A stretch of DNA of 60,633 nt, the filler included, from Platydemus manokwari (taxonomy: Eukaryota), in the NCBI GenBank assembly GCA_037951405.1. It is 6 parts of 6 records of this genome, joined end to end, with 100 filler letters (N's around TTAATTAATTAA, not from the genome) between each part and the next. Parts side by side here need not be neighbours in the genome. Positions count along the whole stretch, not along the records: positions 48,392 to 60,633 come from JBBMOY010233339.1; 5 more parts are not named here. One strand, 5' to 3'. A program made the translations under genes and the position numbers. Below are positions 52,716 to 60,633 of the stretch, in pieces; within the stretch, counting starts at the first letter, position 1, and every line of letters starts with the position of its first letter. The notes beneath the pieces were generated by a model that was not told where the DNA came from, made no database searches, and worked only from the letters and a program-made list of their open reading frames with translations.

Positions 52716-55700
52716 CACATCATTCCGATAATATATTTCTATAGAATACGAACTGATTTATGGTCTAATATCTATACTAATTATAAAAGTATTTTACGGG
52801 GTCATGTACTTCTCTAGCTTATTGGATTTTAATTGAATAGCTAATAAACATTCCAATACTTGTTGAAATGTTTGCCTGTTGAAAACCATTTTCAAGCATT
52901 TCACTACGGATTTCGTATTGAGTGTTTTGAATGTGCTGATAAGAAATTTAGATCTCATCCCAACAGCTGCCAAATGGAAAGTGCCTCTGAAACCATTAAT
53001 TGAAGGATTGTTAAAATTGTGGCAAGATTCTTTCGGATACTGATAAATAGAATGGACTACAATACTATTTTATCTATATGTGGTATTATTTTGGAATTTC
53101 CAATGGTTTTAATCAGCATATCTCGAATTACATCTCTTCATCTCCAACCTATCGTGAATGACCAACGGTTATTCAGAAAAACAAACGAGATACGTTATTA
53201 ACAATACATTTTTTTTCCTTTCAGCATCCTCGTTACAAGGGCTGTGCAATCGAATGCCATATGACTGTTTAGTCAAATGAGTTGGAGTCGAATTATTTTC
53301 ACTTCATTTTATATCACATTTTCAATATTTAATTTATACTTTAGTTTGCTCTTAATTTTCCCAGAGGCATTTTGTATTTATCGGAATTATTCCATAAAAT
53401 CCGGATTACAATTAAAAATTATTCTGAAAATTTTTTGACGTTTTTATGCACTTTTAGTTTATCTTAGAAAACTCTCTACGGTTTATAGAATTAATGAATG
53501 TTTTCCGCCATTGGAATTTATCAAATTATAATAATAGTTTTTCGAATATTTTTTAATTAAAAAATTTCCACCACATAGTTTAATAATTAATAATTTATTT
53601 TTAATAAAACCAACTTGATGATGTAATAATCGGTGATGTAACCAAACAAAATCAAGTGATAATTGTAGCCTGCATATATTATACAATATCCAAACAAACC
53701 ACAGATTCTCGTACAATCCATTAAAATAAGCTAATCGCGTTCCCAAAATTAATTAATTATCCTCTAAAATCAGATAATTTCTTTCATAACTTGAATTATT
53801 TCATCGATTCGCTTGAAAAACCCAGAACATAATCTACCAACCAGACAATCCGTTCGTTTATTTGCAGAAATGACTTCATATATTCCACAAATATTCATGT
53901 CATCAAAATAATGATCATAGAACAATTTAAACTCCTTGACGAATTATTATTGTTTGCCATGGTGAAAGACATTTCAACAAGAAATTAAATTACCATAACG
54001 ACGAAGAATTGAGCTGTCATATTCGTCAATATTGATAGAAGTGTAAAAGTAAAGCGAATATGATAATTTAATACTAAATAATTCCCTCATTGCAAGTTTC
54101 ATACCAACGATGTTTGAGATTTTTTAGTCTACAAAATTTTTAGTTATAGCAGAAAAATTAAAATAACCAAAAAAATATCTTTAGAAAAAATTTCGACATA
54201 TTATATCATACAATTGCTACAATTCAACCGCCTACCATTTCTTCTACTATTCTGTGATGAATAAGCATAATAGAATTATTCGGTCACAGAATGACTTTGC
54301 TACAGTTAAATTATTATACGGTATTTTTCTCTTAATATTCAATTTACATCAAATATAACCATCATTTTGGAACATTGATTATAAACATTGAATTCGAATT
54401 TATAATAAAAATTAATTATAAAATTATTGATTAATTCATATCAGTGTTTATGAATTATGAATTCTCTCTATTGTCTTTGTCTCACTACATAAACATCCTA
54501 ACGGAAGTTCTATGGTAATGGTAAACACACACAAACCAATCAGCCAATGGTTTGCTAATAAATATGTGTCACATTTTGCATACATACTACACACCAATTC
54601 AGTGTACATTGTTACCCTACAATATTCTGTCATTACTGTATATATTCAATAATTGAATTCAATAGAGAAATTGACAACTGCAGAGGCAAAGAGCACACAT
54701 TAACCAACACACACACTCTTTGGTATGTTATAATAGCAGAAAAATTTCTGTCTATTTTACTATTGGCCATTTTGACCAAATCATGAACCAAGCATGGATT
54801 GATTAGAATTTGGCAGTAATATTTCTAGCTATTTATGCTGATTTCGGGGCGATTAGTGATTGAAATTGGTGAGGTTATTTAAAACTCGGTTTAAACAGTT
54901 GTGGTTATTATTTTTGCAATATGGTTTCAGTGTTTTAGTTGAATTTTTCATGTTGGGCTTTTGTGATTAACTTCGAGATATGTTTGGTTAATTGGTGATA
55001 GATAACCACCGCTGACCGAGCATATCCAGTTGTTAATTTCCAAGCGTCCTTAGCGTTTCTTTTGTTTATTTCGTTGATATATTATTCAGGATCTGAAAAT
55101 TTTTAGGAAATGCTGATTTACGTTTTTCAAATACTTTTTATATGTATAGAAAGGAAGTTTCATGTAGATCCGTTATGAAATTATTTTCATTCTGAGTCAT
55201 GATTGATTTTTTTCTGTGAACTTTGTTGAATTACTCATTGTCTTTGTAATAGAGTTAATGAATGATTAATTTTATGATTTAAAAATTGATTTTGTTTGAA
55301 TATACATTTTTGTTTTGTACGATAACTCATTAATTGGTTATACAAAATGTCCACGTTTGCTAAGTGGAATTTTGGGGATACGATTTAATGTGTTCAGTTT
55401 CGATTCAGTTTGTTTATTCGTAATGATTAAGTTTTACAGAATTAGTGTTAGTATTTTTTTTATTAAAAGTGAATCACGTTTTAAATTCATGTTCAAGCTA
55501 ATTTAGGAATTCATGGGACTAATTTCGGAAATGATTTAAGGTAATTTATAACTTGAAATATCAATCAATTATGATTAATTTTTCTGCATTTCAAATAATT
55601 ATTTGAACTGTCATGCATAGATTCTTGCAATGTTATATCGAATTTATCGAAACCATTTTATAATAAAAATCTGGTTTTCTTTATGGATGATTTTTTAATT

Positions 55701-58700
55701 TTATTTTCAATTATGAATGTTGAAAATTTGATAATATCAGAATAGATAAGCCATTATAAATTAGATATTTGGTTTTAACAATCGGGATTTTGTTTATTAT
55801 CCTCTTATTGAGATTGGTCCGATAAGTAATTGTTGGCTATTAATAATTAATATTAGATATTTGGCATATTTTCCTTTTAATAACCATTCTCCGTTTTCTA
55901 AATCCATTATATAATGAAGTCAGAATCAATTTATATATATAAACCATTTTAATTTAATCGAATTTATATTTATTCGTAATTCTATCATATCATTTATAAT
56001 TGTAAAATTGTGTATTTTATTATACAGGATGTTGTAAGTCAGGAACTTCCTTGATTAAATTGTTGAAGGACAAATTATACATTACATATCATATACAACA
56101 TGCTATAATAATCCAAGTTTTCGGAACTATATATTTACAATATCGATTTTTATCCCATTAAGAGGTTGTTGTGTGTGACTGTGTGTTAATATCTATAAGC
56201 AGACTTCACAATTACAATTTCCTTCATTTGGAGAATGGAAAAATATATCCACTGTTGCCTATATTCTTCGAAAGGAAACAATAAAAATTTTCATTATAAT
56301 CCAGTCCCATATACGTCATTCGTTTCCGCTTTTATCGAAAAACCACTCGTTTTCTCCCTAGCTAGTTCGGAAGTAAATGTTATTACTATCAAATAAGGAG
56401 GGGGTTACTCGATAAATACCTCTTAGTAGTACATTGTCTCAAATAATATGATCACTTGTCTATCAAATCCTATGTTTATATTGATATTTTTTTCTAGGCT
56501 TTATTTTTTAACTTAACCACTTAACCATTACTATCAGGGTTTGTCGTGTAATTCTTTTATAATTTGACCATTGATAATTCACAAAAAAATTAGACAATCA
56601 ATAATTTTCTCAGATTATTATGACAAACAATTTGCAAATTATGCTATAGTCATCAATTATGTAATAGTTAGTCACTCATCGATATCCATTACTTATTCAT
56701 TTGTCATTATAATAGTGTTGCTCTATATTGGACATTGCAAGGGAAGATTTATATTATTTTAGCTAAGCTGTGGGCTTATATGATTCAATGCGGTTATCAT
56801 GCGCAACATAAAATTTGTACCAGATAACATTAGTATGATGCACCATCGAAATTAATCGTCCGACGTCAATTGTCTTGCAACCAATTTTCATCAACGTTTG
56901 ATAAGTTTTTAAAAATAGGGGTTAGAAGATCAATTTGAATATTTATATATTTAAGACAAACCTAATAAATTAATTGAATAATAAAATTCCGATAGTTCTT
57001 TGAATTAATTGAATAAGTTAATGTAAAGCCTGAAGCAATTTAAATTCTCAGATAAAATCGTGTGGCTGTGAACCTTTTCGAGATTTCGAATGACTTAGAT
57101 TAAAAAGTGTAAACAATATTGGAAAGGTAATATTTTAAATGGGATAGACATTTATGAGGTATACTTTGCTTTTATATCTCATCAGAACTGTTGCGATTGA
57201 TTTTGATAATCCTTTCTTATTTTATTCTTACTCAATTTAGCTGAAACAATAGATTATGACTTTTCTATATAAAAATTCAAGTAACCCATTTCAGTAAAAC
57301 AAAAAAATGAAAATACACAAATCGAAAATATGAATATTCATAATTAAATATTTGAGTACATTTTTAAAATTGTTGACTTTAGTTTTGAGTTCAAAATTTT
57401 GGTTTCAGAATTTCTAATAACTCATTAATCAATAATTTTTTCTGAATAGATTAATTTTATTTTTGTCTTTTTTAATTTAAATTTGATCTTCAAATAAATG
57501 AGTTTCTTCTATCTTGTGTAGAGACATTCAATCTACTAATTTTTGTAGACAATTTAATATTCATTTATGTTCACGAATTTTCGATCACAAATAAGAAAAT
57601 CGTTTGAAAGTTGATTGATTATTCTTTACGAGTTTAATTTTTGAATTATGGACAAACCCGATAAATTTGGATAGCTTTTAACGCGATATCATTTGAACAG
57701 ATTTAATAGAGTACATAAAATTGTTAGCTTCAAGTTATACAGAATATAATTCGATTTATTTGTACAGGGGAGTCAATAAAATAGTAAATTAGTTCACATA
57801 TTATTTGATTCTCAAAATTCACCCATTATAGTCATTGAGCAGTGGTGTTTAATTTCTTGAAAAAGCGCTTGTAATTTTTTTCTATCAGGAGATAGACGAA
57901 AACTTGTTTTAGAATGTTTTCAATTTACGAATTTTCTTCTAAAAATTTTGAGATTACTGTGAGTAATTTTATGAAGAATTCTAAATAGGATAATAAATGT
58001 CTCATACATTTATTCCTTTACTGTTATTATTTAAACAATATTTAATATAATGACAGCTCTACAAGAACGACTATTGATTTTTTATGTTAAATGATTTATT
58101 TTAGAATCACGTGTTTGATGCATATAGGATCTTAAGAGGTTTATTCCAGTTGTAATGTTTATATTAGTGAATTACATTTATATATCGGTAACAAATTATA
58201 ATATTTCATGTGATTTTATATTTGATTTATTAAATAAAAATTGCAAGAGATTATTTGAAAAAATATAAAAGTATATCAAAGTAAATACCTTATAATATAG
58301 TTCACTATATTCAGCTTATTTGCATTAAAACTGTATTCAAGTTATGTTTTCGTTAGTTTACTATGTGGATTTGATGATATTTTGTTAAGATGATAATATA
58401 AGTAGAAAAATCGAATATAATATGTGGCTTAACAAACGAATTCTTTTTTATTTACATCATTCTTATGCTATTCACTATTAGAATATTCACGTTGTAATCA
58501 TTTTTTCATTAAGACACTTCAAAGGTAATTTAATTAAAAGCAAAAATGTTGTTAGAAAGTTTAATTTTACAATATGTATAATATTTATTGATTTGTTATA
58601 CTCTTCACATTATTTAGTTTCAAGTTACATGAATTATATTTATGCACGTGAATTAATGTCTTTAATTCACTCAAATAAACACAAACGACCTCCACAGTAA

Positions 58701-60633
58701 AAAATTTATTGTGGCTAAAATTATAAATACTCAAATAAAATATACATCTAATTTTGGATTTCTTAACTATCACTCACTGTTTTACCGACATCTTATAAGT
58801 TCTTATTAATTTGTTCTAATCATAGAATTCATGTGTATTCCATTTACGTTTCTTTTTGTTCGTCAATATTACTTTGAATTTATATCATGATACAACTGAT
58901 CTTATTTATAAAAATATGTGGGTTTTTGTAGTAAATTTCAATTGTTTATGTTTTGCTTGGATTTTCTTTTAAATTTTAGTGGCTTTTGAAAATTATGAAA
59001 TTTAAATCTAAATTTGTTTTTCGTAAAAGTGATTCATAATTTTATCACTCTCTGTTTTTTGGATAAATTCTTCTGTTCCATTAGTAGTTGCCAGAAGAGA
59101 TATTTCAAACGCATTATTCATTGATATAATACGATTTAAGTATTTTGTTGAAAGCTATGATCGCATTAATTTCTCTTGCAAAAGAAATATTTAACTGAAA
59201 TATTTGATTAACAACGCAATGACGATACATAAGGATATTATTGTTAATATTCAAAATATTATTCAATTCATTAATATTGAGTATACAGAGCAGTCTTTCA
59301 AAAATTTATCAAAAATTCTGTTCTTTGATTTTGTTTTGAAAAGTTTTTAAGTAACCATTTTAGAAGTTTCTTTGTTAAATAAAGTTTATAAATATATTTT
59401 ATATCTTTTATAATCCATAAATCAGATGATTCAGAAATCGAACTCGGTGCCAAATTATGTAATGTATAATGAATCTTAAATATTCGAGGAATTACCCACA
59501 ATTAGCAATACTTTTTCGATGACACACTTTTGAGCTACTTAGTGCTTTATTTATTTAGAATTGATGAAATTTATTAGATGGAGAAAAATTATTTCGATTT
59601 AATATACAATAAAGTGTTTACAAATCATGTTTTATTTGCATTAAGTATTGATATCAATATTTTTATCAAATACGTGTGCCTGTGTACTATCTCAGGTTTA
59701 AAACTCCAGTAGATTTCTAGATAGTTATCAATTTCTCTTTCTTCTAGGGGCTATATATTCAAACTCAATGCCTCAGAAGAAACTGCGAAATCCATGTTAG
59801 GGACAAAGAATATGTTTCCATATATTTACTGAAGACTATTTGACAAATACTTCTAAGAAATTCATTAGTTATAAATGGAATATAGACTCTAGATTATTTG
59901 AAATTACTCTGTGAAAAGAATTTTATGAGACTCAATTCAATTTTATTTCTACATACGTTTAAAATGTATTCTTTTGCTTGGAAGTCAACCAAGTACCAAT
60001 AGTTTTACAATTAAATGATTGGAATACTACGAAATCAACAGGTTCTTATTAAAATTAATACAATATAGAAAATGTTCAAGTAAATAAAATGTTAATGCAA
60101 GATTGAATAATTTTGCAAAAGATTATTTGCATTGAAAAATTTCGAATAAACGAATTCGTTTAATCTTAATTTGGTTTTATCTTAATTATTAGCTTTTTCG
60201 ATAATTGGACTTCAATTAATTTCAAATTTTATCGACAAATCACTCTTAGGAATCTGTTAGGTCAAAGTGGTGACTTTTTCTTATCCATATTGCAGTGTTA
60301 TTCAACAATGTTAGAATAATCCGACTTTAACATTGTTATAAGTGGAGGGATCAACCCCTCCACAATAAACACTGATATGCTACAACTTTAATTTGTTATT
60401 TTTCGTTTGAATTACTTATATTAAAAAAATTAATTTGAATAAATAACGCAAAGTAAAGTTCAATGTATATACGGCCTTAATTGTCTAGAACAGGAATCTC
60501 ATCAATTTTAAAATTTGTATCGAAGTTAGTCGCGAAATCTTATCAAAATAATTCACACTAATTGTGTGAATTTATCGGAGAATGACTGAATTATTTTTCG
60601 AAATGGTTCTTCGATTTAAATTTGAAATATATA

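Noticed and set aside
52790-53290. Possible piggyBac remnant
   Set aside because: Only faint motif echoes; no TTAA/TIR pair found.
54715-54740. miR-9-like TCTTTGGT start
   Set aside because: Only the first 8 nt match; the rest and the precursor geometry do not.

Overview
Very AT-rich eukaryotic DNA with 40-50 bp introns (planarian/flatworm-like, by inference). It consists of six contigs joined by N-gaps carrying an artificial TTAATTAATTAA spacer. Host genes: a multi-exon WD40 gene resembling ZNF106 (~3.0-7.9 kb), taspase-1 (40.9-42.1 kb), and a secreted prepro-peptide with a highly cationic 6-Cys mature region (30.5 kb) plus a stop-disrupted paralog (38.1 kb). Most of the rest is transposon debris (mariner, hAT/Buster, Merlin, pogo-like, Polinton, several LTRs). 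The main finding is two highly divergent, decayed Ty3/Gypsy elements (13.1-20.7 kb on +, 23.2-29.7 kb on -) that share an unusual order: a Bcl-2-like domain, one hydrophobic helix, then a chuvirus-like glycoprotein, all UPSTREAM of pol. The + copy also shows a ubiquitin-like domain, a second membrane protein after integrase and a long unknown 3' ORF. All homology calls are by eye from remembered motifs; no searches were run.
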